A stretch of 64,000 bases of DNA, taken from Malacoraja senta. Taxonomy: Eukaryota. Within the stretch, counting starts at the first letter, position 1; each line of letters opens with the position of its first letter. A model generated the notes under the pieces. The model did no database searches. It worked only from the letters and a program-made list of their open reading frames with translations, and was not told the origin of the DNA. Positions 42,901-57,900 of the stretch are shown one piece after another. The stretch is taken from positions 4,030,001-4,094,000 of the forward strand of contig CM075994.1 of assembly GCA_038087875.1 (NCBI GenBank), given 5' to 3'. The translations under genes and the position numbers were made by a program.

Positions 42901-45900
42901 TTTAAACAAGAACCGAATTATTTTGTTCATGTTCACAATTAAACTGACAATCTACAGTCCCCCAAATAGTAGCCCGGATGTAGGGTGTACGTTGCAGCAG
43001 GAGTTAAAACTGGCATGTAACAACGGTAATGCCACTGTGGTGATGGGGGGTTTCAATGTGCAGGTAGACTGGGAAAACCAGGTTGGTTCAGGATCCCAAG
43101 AAAGAGAGTTTGTAGAGTACCTCCGAGATGAATTCTGAGAGCAGCTTGTAATGGAGCCGACCAGAGAAAAGGCAATTCTGCATTTAGTGATGTCCAATGA
43201 ACCAGAAATTATAAGAGAACTCGAGGTAAAGGAAGCGCTTGGAGGTAGTGATCATAATATGCTTAGTTTTAATCTGCAATTTGAGAAGGAGAAGGTTAAA
43301 TCGGAAGTGTCAGTGATGCCGTTGAACAAAGGGGACTATGAAGGCATGAGAGAGGAGGTAGAAGGCAAGGTAGACTGGAAAGGGATCCTAGCATCAATGG
43401 CTGGAATTTCTGGGCATAATCCGGAAGACGTAGGATAATTTCATTCCAAAAAGGAAGAGAGATTCTAAGGGGAGTAGGAGGCAACCGTGACTGACAAGAG
43501 AAGCTAGGGATAGAATAAAATTAAAAGAAAAGATGTATAACACAGCAAACAGTAGCGGCAAGCCAGAGGCTTGGGAAACTTCATAGGACAACAGAAGGAA
43601 ACAAAACGGGCGATACGGGCAGAAAAAGATGAAGTTCGAGGGGAAGCTGGCCAGGAATATAAAGGACAGTAAAAGGTTATTTAAATATGTTAAGGGAAAA
43701 AGAGTAGCAAAGTCAAATGTGGGTCCCTTGATGGCAGACACGGGTGAAATTATTATGGGTACAAGCAAATGGCAGAAAGGTTGTACAGGTACTTGGGATC
43801 TATCTTCACTAATGAAGACACGAACAATCTCCCAGATGTACTGGAGGACAGAGAAACTAAGGGGGTAGAGGAACTGAAATAACTTTTCATTAGGCGAGAA
43901 ATATTATTGGCTAGGCTAATGGGACTGAAGGATGATAAATCCCCTGGGCCGGGTGGTCTGCATCTAGAAATAGTGGACGCATTTGATGATCATTATCCAA
44001 TGTTCAATAGATTCAGCATCAGTTCCTGTGGATTGGAGGATAGCTAATGTAATCCCACTTTTCAAGAAAGGAGCGAGAGAGAAAACGGGGAATTACAGAC
44101 CAGTTAGCCTCACTTCGGTGGTGGGAAAGATGCTGGAGTCAATTATTAAAGAGGTAATAATGGAGCATTTGGATAGCAGTAAAAGGATTACTCCGTCAAC
44201 ATGGATTTATGAAAGGGAAATCATGCTTGACTAATCTTTTGGAATTTTTTGAGGATGTGACAAGTAAAATGGACGAAGAGGAGCTATTGGATGTACTGTA
44301 TCCAGACTTTCAGAAAGCCTTTGATAAGGTCCCGCACGGGAGACTAGTGACTAAAATTAGAGCACATGCCATTGGGGGTAGGGTGTTGACATGGATAGAA
44401 AATTGTTTGGCAGACAGGAAGCAAAGTGTAGGAGTGAACTGGTCCTTTTCAGAATGGCAGGCAGTGGCGAGTGGGGTGCTGCAAGGCTCGGTGTTGTGGC
44501 CGCAACTGTTTACCATATATATTAATGGTTTGGAAGAGGGAATTAGGAGCAAACCTAGCAAGTTTGCGGATGACACAAAGCTGGGTGGCAGTGTGAACTG
44601 TGAAGAGGATGGTAGGAGTGAGGAGTGAGTCACAGTTTCAGGGTGACCTGGACAGTTTGAGTGAGTGGGCAGATGCGTGGCAGATGCAGTATAATATAGA
44701 TAAATGTGAGGTTATCCACTTTGGCGGCAAAAACAAGGGAGCAAATTATTATCTCAATGGGGTTAGGTTCGGTAAGGTGGAGGTACAGCGAGACCTGGGT
44801 GTCCTTGTACACCGGTCACTGAAAGTTGGCGTGCAGGTACAGCAGGCAGTGAAGAAAGCTAATGGAATGTTGGCCTTCATAAGATGAGGATTTCAGTATA
44901 GGACTAACAGGTTCTACTGCAGTTGTATAGGGCTCTGGTAAGACCACATCTGGAGTATTGTGTACAGTTTTGGTCTCCTAATTTGAGGAAGGACATCCTT
45001 GTGATTGATGCAGTGCAGCGAAGGTTCACGAGTTTGATCCCTGTGATTGCGGGACTGCCATATGAGGAAAGAATGAAAAGACTAAGCTTATATTCACTGG
45101 CGTTTAGAGGGATGAGGGGGGATCTAATAGAAACAGGTAAAATTATAAAAGGACTGGACAAGCTAGATGCAGGAAAAAAATTCTCAATTACTCCAGAACC
45201 AGGGACCACAGTCTTATAATAAAGGGGATGCCATTTAAGACTGAGGTGAGAAAAAACGTTTTCACCCACAGATTTGTGAATTTGTGGAATTCCCTGCCAC
45301 AGAGGGCAGTGGAGGCCAAATCACTGGATGGATTTAAGAGAGAGTTAGATAGAGCCCTAGGGGCTAGTGGAATCAAGGGATATGGGGAGAAGGCAGGCAC
45401 AGGTTATTGATTGGGGACGATCAGCCATGATCACAATGAATGGCGGTGCTTGCTCGAAGGGCCGAATGGCCTCCTGCACCTATTTTCTATGTATATAATA
45501 ATATTATAATAAACACTGTTGATATCTTTAATTAAGAAATTATTTAATGCATTTGCAGAATCTGTTGTCCGCAAAAAGGATACAGGTAATAAGGGAGAAT
45601 GTATTACTCCACTTGGTGTTGATTACTATTAAGTTGAACTTGGTATTGATAATGACTGGATAATCACATCGCGTTCAAAACATCTTCGATCAGCTGCTTG
45701 GGCAATAATCCCGTTTGTCTGATCAAGTACTTGCATTTTAAAAAACGGCTATGGCCATACTGGGAGAAATAACCAATATATTATCGCTCGATTTAACGAA
45801 TTACACGCTGATATTAGATTGTTAGCGCGGACTGTTCAGCGAAAACACGGCGATTTAAAGAATTTTGTAGAAGGAATTTACCCAAGCATGCTTTCGAGGA

Positions 45901-48900
45901 ATTAGTGATGGTGTTGAACGCATTTATTTCTACCGGCGTCTTGCTAAGCTGATCATCAAGTAGGGTGGAACTGTCTCAATGATCATCAAAAGGTAGAAGG
46001 ACAACAGTTTCGGATTCAGATTCAGGTTTAGATTCAGACGAGTATATTGTCACCACGGCGCAATACCCCTTTTTGTTCGAGTAAATAATAATAATAATAA
46101 TAATAGGTTTTATTTATGGGTGTCTTTCACAAAGTCTCAAGGACACCTTACAAAGTTTAACAAATAACGTAGAAACATATAAGCGGAATGAAATAAATAG
46201 CAAAGACATCACCAGAACACAAATTAAAGATAGAATTAAATCCAAAAACTAAAATCAAAAACACAATATGAAACACAATATGAAATACAATATGAAATAG
46301 CATACATTCATGAAAGATAAACACAGCAATAAATATCAGGACGAATGCAGAAATACAGAATTGGAAAAAATTGTTGTACAAACTATATTAACATATAGTG
46401 ATGGAATGAACCTCGACTGAAGGGGAAAAAGACGATGAAGAGGTCATTGATTCAGGAGTGAGATAGCAGTGGCGAAGAAGCGGTTCTTAAATCTGAGCTT
46501 TCAAGAAGATATGAGAAAAAGGAATGGCCAGCGTGGCAGTCATCCTTGCCGATTCTTACAGCTTTTCGGATGTAACCCACCCTGAAGCTGGATTGGATGG
46601 GAGGAATCGATGGACTGGGCTCTGCTCACCACAACTATCCGCGGGCTTTCTGTGTCTCCTAACCTAATTTATCTTGATATTTTGTAATCTTCGATGCAAA
46701 CAGGTCATATATTCTTCAGTATTAAACCATTTACTTAGCATGCCCTTGCCTTGCTTGACATCACAGCAGCCATCAAACACCCCTTCCTTAAGATCGCATG
46801 CAATTCTTTCACGCCGTTTACATATGTCGTTCAGACCTTCGTCAAATTCCGTGTTAGGTCTTGCAGGCGTTATTCAAAATGATGCTCCCATCGATTCTAC
46901 CTTTCACTTCCTCAGAATAAACATTCCAAATGATTTAGCAAGATCTTTTCTGAGCAGTTCCACTTCCACTACTCTGACAAATGTGCTGCTCTCGCTATGC
47001 CTTTATTGGCCATTTTCAATATATGCTGCCTCTCGGTACTTGGGTTCCTTCCAGCATACTAAGGCCTACTGGTGGATATCGTGTAATTAAGAAGAAACAG
47101 TACCTTCCTGTCTGGAGCAAATCTATTGTTACCCCAGTGGAAATGATACAGGTACAGTATATTGTCATAGATTGCAACGCGGAGCAAATTCTTCACTGCA
47201 TATGTTGCAGCCTATAAGATAAATATTTTCCCATGGAAGGAAGTGGAAAATAAGCTTGTGTAAGAATAAAAGATTTCGTGCAAAATCAATGTTCAACGAA
47301 ATAGAAGTAATACATCACAAAACACATCGAGGAAAAGTGGACAATTGAAACGAAGGAACAGCAGCGAAATGGAAAAATAATAAATAAATAAGTTCCACGG
47401 GGGAAACAAAAAAAATTGTCAGGTAAAGGGAAGTTCCTATACTGGACAGAGGGTGCCCTATTAGGGTGGATTATCAATACGATACGATACGATACGATGG
47501 CACAATATTGTCAGACCGAGGTCTGAAATTTATTTTTGCATACAGCCATACAGTAAAACAAAGAACACAACACACAATAGAGTCCAACACAAAACATCCC
47601 CACACAGCAGAGTCGAAAAGTTTCCCAAGGTGAGGGAAGGCACCAAAGTCAGTCATCTTCCTGTAATGTTCATGATGTTCACCCGTGGTCGGGGCCTCCG
47701 GAGCCCTCCGCAGTCGCCGCTACGGGCGGCCCGCCGCACAGGCCCACTCGCTGGGTTGATGGAACTCCGCAGTCGGGACTGGAGGACATCCTCAGCGGCT
47801 CGGCCGCTTCCCACTGGAGTCCGCGGCTCCCGACGTCCCCACGCAGCGCCGGGCGGAGAATCACGCTGGCGGCCGTCGGCAAAGGGCCCCAGGGACTACG
47901 CGATGTTGCAGTCAGCGCCGCCCACGTTGGGAGCTCCGCGATGTTGGAGCAACGGTACCAACATTCCGGAGCTCCAAACGGCGATCCAGGTAGGCATCGC
48001 CCGTTCCGCGGTGAATCCAGTGCCGCGCCGCCGCTGCCGAAGCTCTGGTCCGGTCCCCGGTCTCCGGTAGGAAAGGCCGCTCCGATCCAGTGGTAGGCCG
48101 CGAGGAGGGCGGGCGAGGAGGCGACTCGGAGAAATTGTCGCATCCTCGCCAGGAAGCGACTGGGAAACGGTTCCCCTCTTACCCTACCCCCCTCCCCCAC
48201 ATAGAAAAACTAAAGAATCACCAAAACAAACTGTTTAGACAAACTAAAATTTTAAAAAATAGGGAAAAAACGGACAGGCTGCAGGCAGAGGCTGCTAGCA
48301 GTGCAGCCCCCCCCTTAAGCAATAAAAGGCGACCCCTGGAGTTTAAAAAAGCTAACTACACCAACACAGTTATGATCCATTGTTATTATTAATATTATTA
48401 CAGATATGTCTGATCATTTGAAAACCGATGGTGAGTAATGTGACATGTCGAGTTGAAATGAGGTAAACAGTTGCACAAACGTTATTTAGTATTGAAAACA
48501 CAACCCAGAACCTGTATCTTCCCGCATTTCAATAATTCCATTGCATCAAGTTAGACGCACTCTCGAAGTTGTTGCCAACCCATTTACTTAATTTTATACA
48601 TTCATTTTATCCTGGTTAATACAACAAACCAATTTTCCAAATTTCATTTCGTTATTCATATGTAATTTCGAGTTTTGGATCTCCACTTCTATACCATGTC
48701 GCATAAAACGCTTTATGTTACATCTGCTGTTAATTTGTTATGCTCAAGTGGACTTTGGCACTTCTTTTTTCAGTTGTTTCACGACCAGCCCACCCTACCT
48801 CTGCCGTGCACAAGGGCTGCATTTGTTTGAAGAAGGGTCTGAAGAAGGGTCCCGACCATCTGCAGTTCCTTCCTACACATAATACACTTGTTCAATACGG

Positions 48901-51900
48901 CCAACAGTCAGACCAGAACAAGCAGCGTGCCTTTCCCTCCACTTTAAAAAAGCCGTTTTAAGAATATGAAACTAGGCCTTTACTAACGGTTTATTTTTCT
49001 TACAGACGAGAAGCTGAAAGAAGCAAAAACGGGTAGGATCCTAGAATTTGTATGCATATCACCGGCAACAAAACGTTACATTTTGTCACGCTCAGTAGCC
49101 GTTCTCCATAAAAGCGACAGTTTATCGAAAATTGCATTAACCAATTCGCGACGCAACTCCATCGAAGAAATCTAAATACATGGAATGGTTGCATTTCGCA
49201 GTAGAAATTAAAAAAAATGTTAAGTTCACGCTAATAAATGTTCGTGTTATGCTCTCCTGTGAGAAGCAATTTGGGCACAGTCTAAATAGACGTCTTAGAT
49301 CATTATTGTCAACCCCCATCAGCAAAAATAACGTTTGCGTTTGATCAGTGATTACAGTACCATGAGAATAGCAGACTGAATTTAAGTACAGATCTCTGGG
49401 CTGGAGGTGTTCATCTCTATATTGTTTCAGATCATTTCACGTTATCTCCATTTGGCCCGTCTAAAATATGCCGAGTTCACAGCAATTCCAACAGTCTTCC
49501 TCATCCACTTAATTCCCACTCCGCACAAATTAACACCAATTCTCTTTTCATCCATCTATCCGATGGACATGTCGCCAAATGACCCAATAGCGAGCTCATA
49601 TTTGGGATGTAGGTGGAAACCGAATCACCTGCAGGAAATCGAAACGTAATTCCATAACATGACAAAAAGATAAATGTTCAGTGAGATGTCCTCAAAATTG
49701 CGAATGTGTTTAGTCTTTGGTAATCTATTCACATGGTTGTTGTAAATAGACAATGTGATCGAAGCATATATATTTCCAGAACTCGAGCAATTAGAGGCAA
49801 TTCGAGCGGATATCGGTGAGTCAATTAGAACTATTTCATGGAATTTTAAAATGTCAATGAGGACGTTAAATTTAGTTTGTTTTAGCAATGTTCTGCCCCA
49901 CAATATGTGTGAGGTCCTTCGAATGATTTGGAAAAATGGTTTAATTACTTTCTTAATTATGTGATAATTTTCATAGAGAAACTACTACGTATGAAGGATG
50001 CCGGTAAACAAACACTATCTTTAAATTTAATTTAGCAGTGGAATTTAATTGGTAATCCAGTTCAATTGCGGCACTTCTTAAAAATGCCAATGTTGTCTTG
50101 ACAACCCAGCATTCACATCTGCCAATTTTTGTTGCAACTATATTCGATAAAAACTGGAATACTATGACAATTTCTCATCCTTCCACTGACCTCAGTGACC
50201 AATTTCGTCGCTAGGCCCCACTCTATTTATGCCCATCGAAAAAAGTTGAAGGAAAAGTCCTTTAGCAATCAGAAAGAAATCCATATAAAGCATTTTATCG
50301 CGAATATGTGGTTTTGTTCTGAAGAACAAATGACAAGCTAATCTCACGCTGTTCCAAGTATGTTTGCTTCACAACGAATCTCAGAAGAGATGAACACATT
50401 ATTCCCAGCTTTCTCTAATTGAAGCTGAAGCGGAATAACAGGTGTCTTCATTCGGATGCAGCCTTCATGCAATATTCGCTTTATTCTTTCTTAATATTTG
50501 AGTCAATGGGCATAAATAATTTGGCGAGGTAAGGGGTAAGGTAACGTCTAACAATGGCACAGGATTTCCCTGATTTTACAGCTGGAAACTAAACAGAGAA
50601 AGGCATATTGATTGATATAGGCAGTTCCAAAAGTTAATACAAACCGTTTGAATTGCCATCCTCTGAGAAATTAAAAAGGTTAATTGTCACGTGCGTGCAG
50701 CTGGGCGCCGATTTATTAATAATGTAATTTCTTTTGGTTTCAAGAGTTTCAAAAATGCATTTAAATTATCTTTCATATTCACTCTTTTTCCAATATTTCC
50801 GTACTAGTTATTCAATGTATCAAACAACCACAGATATTGATTTAAAAATAATATCACCGAGCTTTCAGCCATTGCGAGGCTGTTTTAGGCTTGGAGCGTC
50901 AATGAGATGAGTCTATGTCCTTAAACCCACGGACCACGTTTCAACTCAAAGGACGCTCCTCGATATTAATGCCTTGGCGCGCCTAAGCCCTGGCTTTGAG
51001 TATGATCATGGTGAGGTCCCCGCTCGCGCAAACATTACGCATGTTGCTAGTCCTTGGCATACGTACTGACAGTGAATGTGAATAGAATAAACATTATGAT
51101 TTACATCAAGGTTCCAGCATCTGTAATATCTTATGCCCCTCGTCTGATCTGCTTGTGTTCTTATAGACAATAGACAATAGGTGCAGGAGTAGGCCATTCG
51201 GCCATTCGAGCCAGCACCGCCATTGAATGTGATCATGGCTGACCATCCCCAATCAGTACCCCGTTCATGCCTTCTCCCCACATCCCCTGACTCCGCTATC
51301 ATTAAGAGCCCTATTTAGCTCTCTCTTGAAAATATTCAGAGAACCGGCCTCCACCGCCCTCTGAGGCAGAGAATTCAACAGACTCACAACTCTCTGTGAG
51401 AAAAGGTGTTTCCTCGTCTCCGTTCTAAATGGCTTACCCCTTATTGTGAAACTTTGGTCCCTGGTTCTGGACTCCCCCAACATCGGGAACATATTTCCTG
51501 CCTCTAGCGCGTCCAAACCCTTAACAGTCTTATATATTTCAATAAGATCCTCATCCTTCTAAACACAAGAGTGTACAAGCGCAGCCGCTCCATTCTCTCA
51601 GCATATGACAGTCCCGCCATCCCGGGAAGTAACCTTGTAACCCCACGCTGCACCCCCTCAATAGCATGAACGTCCTTCCTCAAATTAGTGGACTAAAACT
51701 GTACACAATCCTCCATGTGTGCTCTCACTAGGGCTCTGTACAACTGCAGTAGGACCTCTTTGCTCCTATACTCGACTCCTCTTGTCATAAAGGCCAACAT
51801 GCCATTCGCTTACTGCACTGCCTGCTGTACCTGCGTGTTTACTTTCATAGACTGATGAACAAGGACCCGCAGATCCCGTTGTACTTCCCCTTTTCCCAAC

Positions 51901-54900
51901 TTGACGCCATTTAGATAGTAATCTGCCTTCCTTTTTTTGATACCAAAGTGGATAACATCACATTTATCAACATTAAACTTCATCTCCCATGCTGCTGCCC
52001 ACGCCCCCAACCTGTCCAAGTCACTCTGCATTCTCATAGCATCCTCCTCACAGTTCACACTGCCACCCAGCTTTGTGTCATCTGCAAATTTGCTAATGTT
52101 ATTTTGAATCCCTTCATCCAAATCATTGATGTATATTACAAATAGCTGCGGTCCCAGCACCGAGCCTTGCGGTACCCCACTAGTCACTGACCAAGGAATA
52201 CCGCTTCAGTGCAACGTGATACTGATTTGTTCTGAGCATTCTTCCACTCACTGTGCAAACCCATTTGCAACCAAAACGCTCCAAACCTTTCGTTTAGCAG
52301 ATAACTTTCCTATCAATTGATTCAAACTATTTGCTGTGTTATTATCTCAGCATGTGTATGTGTTTATTTGCAGAAATTAAAGCACTACAGAAATCGAATG
52401 GTATGTATCAACTCAAATATATAATAAGATTATTTTATTTCAACAAAGAAATAAAATCATTCTTTATTTTTATTCAGAAACAGCTCCCAAATGAACGCGC
52501 CCTTCCAAATGTAGACGGTTGCCGTCATTTCAGCTGCCGTCCGATATATCGTGCCCAATTCCCATTATTTGCCTGGTCGTCCCAAAACATCTTTCCTAGA
52601 ATATTGGTTCGGGGCGACGTTTTCTCGCAAAGATATAAAATAATATACTTCAAACTAATTTCTATCTTTTAGCGAAGTCTTACTTGTTTACGGGAATGTA
52701 AAAAAAACATGCCATTAGGTTAATAAGTTCAAGGAGCAGAATAATGTAATTCGGCCCATCCAGCCTACCACGCCAATCAATCACGGCTGATCGATTTCCC
52801 CTCAATCCAATCCTCCTATCCTCTCCATAACCCTTCACATCCTTACTAATCAAGAATCTATCAATCTCCACTTTAAAAAGATTCATTGCTTGGCCTCCAT
52901 GGCCGTCTGTGCAAGTGAATTCCACTTTTTTTCCACACTCTGCCTCAAGCAATTCCTCCTAATCTCCTTTCTAAAGCCACGTCCTGTTCTGAGCTATGGC
53001 CTCTGATTCTAGACTCTCCCACTAGTGGGAACTTCCTCTCCTCATCCAGTCTATCCAGGTTTTTCACTATTCAGTTAGTTTTAATGAGGTTCCCCCTCAT
53101 CCTACTAACTTCCACGGGTACAGGCCCGTTGCCTTGTGTTAACACAATCATTCCTGGAATCATTTTAGTAAACCTCCCCTGCACCAACGACACCACATCC
53201 TCTCTCAGATATGCGGCCCACAACTGCTCACAATACTGGAAATGCGGTCTGAGCAATGTCCTTTAAACCATCAGCAAGACATACGGGATTTTCTATTCCA
53301 GCACTCTCGAAAGAAATGACAGCATTGCATCCACCCTCCTTACTACCGATTCAACTAACAAATTAACTTTGTAGGAATCCTGCACCAGCACTCCCAAGTA
53401 CATTTGCACTTCCGATTTGTGAACTCTCTCTCCCTATTTAGAAAATACTAGACGCCTTTATTCCTACTAACAAAATGCACGACTCCGCGCTTTGCTATGC
53501 TGTATTCCATCTGCCACTTTTCAGCCCACTCTCCGAACCTGTCCAAGTCCTTCTGAAGAGTCCTTACTTTCTCTTAGCTATCTACACCTCCAAATATCTT
53601 AGTGTCATCTGCAAATGTAGCCACAAAGCCTTCTGTTCCCACATCTAAATAATTGATATACCTTGTAATGTCCCCAGCACTGCCCCTTGCGGAACACCAA
53701 TAATTGATATACCTCGTAATGCCCCCAGCACTGCCCCCTGCGGAACACCAATAGTCCTTGGCAGAAAATAGGAAAAAGGTTCCCTTTATTGCCATTCTTT
53801 GCCTTCTGCCATCCAGCCAACATGCTATCCGTGCTTGCATCTTCCTTCTCATATCTTCGGCTTTCATCTTCTTCAGCAGCCTCACGTGCGGCACCTACTC
53901 AAAGGTTTGCTGAAAATCCAGGTAAACCACATCCATTCACTCTTCTTTGTCTATCCTGCTATTTACCTCCTCAAAGAATTCTAACAGGCTCGTCAGGCAA
54001 GATCTCCCTTTCGCAAAACAATGCTAGTTATTTATATTGTCAGATATTTCTGGGAAAGTAGCGTAAGATGTGAACAGAAATTCGGTTTGAAATGGAGCAA
54101 CAACAAATTCCAAATGTGTAGGAAGGACAGGACCCGAAACGCCACCCATTTCTTTTCTCCAGGGATGCTGCGTGCTGAGGTACCCCAGCAATGTGGGTCG
54201 ATCTTAAGTGTATACCAGCATCTGCAGTCCCTTTTACAGTAATCCCGTGAAGTGTCTCGACCCGAAACGTCACCTATTTCTTTTGTCCAGCGATGCTGCC
54301 TGACCCGCTGTGTTACTCCAGCACTTTGAGTCTATCTTCGGTGTTAACGAGCATCTGCAGTTACTTCCTATCAAATTCTGAATGGTCATTTCATTTAAGT
54401 TTATAGCCTTTAAAGACAAATGTTGTCTATTTTCAAATGATGAATTTTATATCGATGAGCTAGCGTCGTCTCCGATCTCTGTTGCTATTTGTGTTATTTA
54501 TCTCGTGGGATCCGCATTCATCCCATATCTCAAAACCGTGCTGGGTGGTTGGTTGGTCGCTGTATTGTTTCCCTGTGGTGATATTTGGCAGGAGCATCTA
54601 AGAGGGTTGGGCTGGTACTTGGGAGATATATCTGAGAGACTTGAATGCGGAAATGTGGTTGTTGCGAATGCTTTAAGTGGCTGTATTTATTTGATGTTCG
54701 GGATAGTCGGCTTCTATATTCTTATAAAGTATGCAATAAGGAAAAGCTCTTGGAGATGCAGCTCGATACAAAATCCATGGAATGTTTTCTACGGGCTCTT
54801 CAAGAATATGCTAATGAATCTATTGCAATCTTAATTATGTGAATGTAGACGATGATTAGAAAGTCAACGGTTAATGTGTATCTTTAATTGTTATTAGACA

Positions 54901-57900
54901 TATTTTAATTATCAGCACAGGCTTCTATTGAGGCAAATTAAACTTTGATTTGAGAAGTAAATGTATGTGGAAACGTTTTAAAAAACCCGAACAACTGATG
55001 TAAGAGTGCTTTCTCTTTTAGAGTTGAAAGAAAACTGCGCAACAGGTGAATTGATTTCCACGTGTTTGTTTTCCAATCCATTCTATTGCGTCTTCCTCGA
55101 ATTGGATCTACAATCTGAAACAAATATGCACCTGTTAATTACTCTGAGATCATGAATGCTATCAATGACTGAATTTTCAGTAAGCGAAAAGCAAATGGAT
55201 TCATCCATAAGTAAATAAAGATCTGAAATCATTTTGGTAGACCATTAACAACATTTCGCATGACATATAACAGTAGAAATCACCGAAGAGCTATAGTTTC
55301 CACAATGCTTATTGCTGTATCTTGTACAGCAATAGAATACAGAATACAGCAACAAACACTGCTATTTGGATATAGCCGTTTCCGTTCAGAATCATGCCAG
55401 CAAGACGAAAGAGTACAAAGCTTTGATCAAAGCAGCACTTGTTATAGATTGGCCAGAATGAACAACAGCAGAACAGTCCAGATGAAACTATCATTGAAAG
55501 AAATTGAGGAAAGTTAGGTCGAACAACTTGAAGATAATGTTGTCACATTCTGAGCGGCACACTAGCGCAACGGTAGAGTTGCTGTCCTACACCGCTGACC
55601 CGCTGAGTTACTCGAGCACTTTGTGTCTATATCTGTTATATACCAGCATCGCCAGTTCCTTTCACTATGTCTTTAACCATTCATAGAAACATAGAAAATA
55701 GGTGCAGGAGGAGGCCATTCGGCCCTTCGAGCCAGCACGGCCATTCATTGTGATCATGGCTGATCGTCCCCAATCAATAACCTGTGCCTGCCTTCTCCCC
55801 ATATCCCTTGACTCCACTAGCCCCTAGAGCTCTATCTAACTCTCTCTTAAATCCATCCAGTGACTTGGCCTCCACTGCCCTCTGTGGCAGGGAGTTCAAT
55901 AAATTCACAACTCTCTGGGTGAAAACGTTTTTTCTCACCTAAGCCTTAAATGACCTCCCCTTTATTCGCCACACAGTTCCGAATGTCTTCGTTAACCAGT
56001 GATATTTAGTGACATTCGAAGTTGGCATAAACAGCTCAAGAACACTGTATCCCAAATATAGTGCTATATGTACGTTTTGTACAAATTTACACGCCGTGTG
56101 ATAAAATGCACAAATAAATCCCTCTTCCCAAAGTAGTTTCTTCTGCGTTTCGAAATGGGAAATAGCCTTTCCCATGCGACTTAAACATTAATGATAAAAT
56201 CCCATTTGACTCGACATTACTCCAAAACATATCCATATAACCATATAACCATATAACCATAACAACACGGAAACAGGCCATCTCGGCCCTTCAAGTCCGT
56301 GCCGAACATTTTATTATTATTATATTTTTTTTAAATTAAAAATAAATACTTCCCCCTAGTCCCATCTACCTGCACTCAGACCATAACCCTCCATTCCTTT
56401 CCCGTCCATATACCCATCCAATCTATTTTTAAAGGAAAACATCGAACCTGCCTTCACCACTTCCACTGGAAGCTCATTCCACACAGCTACCACTCTCTGA
56501 GTAAAGAAGTTCCCCCTAATGTTCCCCCTATACTTCTGTCCCTTAATTCTCAAGTCATGTCCCCTTGTTTGAATCTTCCCTACTCTCAATGGGAACAGCT
56601 TATCCACGTCCACTCTGTCAAACCCGCTCATAATTTTAAAGACCTCTATCAAGTATCGTCATCCTGGAAGCTTCAACTACCAGATCATCGATTACTTTCA
56701 AGAATGATATCCGTCCTCAAACAGACTTTCTGCTCACCTTTTCACAGTTGTCACTGCATGCCATATCCCCACATGTATTTGCCCCCATATCGACAAATCG
56801 CTTACCGTAATTACGAGTAACTGGTTTGCTTACGAGGAGTTAATACACATCTCAAAAGTCGGAAACATAATCCGCTGGATATGCAATCACTAAAATTACT
56901 TATTAGGCTCGAAGCATTCCCATATCAAATAAAAAACTGCGTTTATTATTTCCAGCATAAAGAAAACCGTATAACCCGCCTTCATTACATTCTCTCGGAA
57001 CTCTTACACAACTAACAGGAGGCATCAGCGAACGTCTGCTATTGAGGTCCGGAGATCGTTCGGTAGATTTCATTACCCGTTCTCTCAATGAAGAGTCCCC
57101 AGTTCATGGTAACATTTTGCCTTTCAGGATTATTCACGTCTCTATTTGAGCTCTTTAAGTCTATATCAAAAATCATTCTGCATATGCCTTACTTTTATCG
57201 CTGCGAATGTTATCTTGACGTTCATAATGTGACTACCTGCAGAGCCGGATGAGAATGATTGATCGATCATATATTTCAGACGAAGATAAGCTGTCAGCTA
57301 TTCAAAGAGACATAGGTAAGTTACTCCAATAAAATGTGACATATTTATGGCTAATGTTGAACTTATGGGACTACATTTCAACAAGATGTTCTCAACCCAG
57401 GTGTAATTGACTGAAAGCAAACCATTGCATTATCTTTAATATATCATTTACTTTCATGTTCACAGTGCAACTGTTGCGTCTGAAAGATAAAGGTACAAGT
57501 TATCCGGCCAAACATGATGTTGTGACTAATATTTTGTTATGTGATAAAATAGGACGGATCAAAAATAAGCGGGATATTCCTGATAGAAACAACAGCAAAG
57601 AGGATGCTATAAAATAAAATAATGAAGACACCGAATGAGGAGAAATTGTGATGCGTTTAGTCACAACTTAATTGTTGTGGTTTAAATATAAAAGTGACGT
57701 GACTTGATGATGACAATAAAAGCATTAATAATCAGTAAAACGATGTAATAAAGAGCAGAACTCAAATAAAATAACAATTAACAAGTTGTTCGTTTATACA
57801 CCAGTGTTGACTATCGGTTAAGGGGACATTGGGGGGGGGGGGTGCAGACCCTCATTAGTTCAATGTATCAAATAGGCAAAGAGTATAGTAGAGTGCAAGA

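Noticed and set aside
47630-48200. 146-aa and 173-aa overlapping ORFs; CpG-island-like patch
   Set aside because: GC-rich interspersed repeat with a related copy at 61230-61600; the ORFs are a composition artefact.
53650-53752. ~50-bp direct repeat resembling an array
   Set aside because: Two-copy tandem duplication inside a CR1; not CRISPR-like and the context is eukaryotic.
54382-54834. 150-aa hydrophobic ORF
   Set aside because: No recognisable domain or splice support; lies in an intron over decayed repeat-like sequence.
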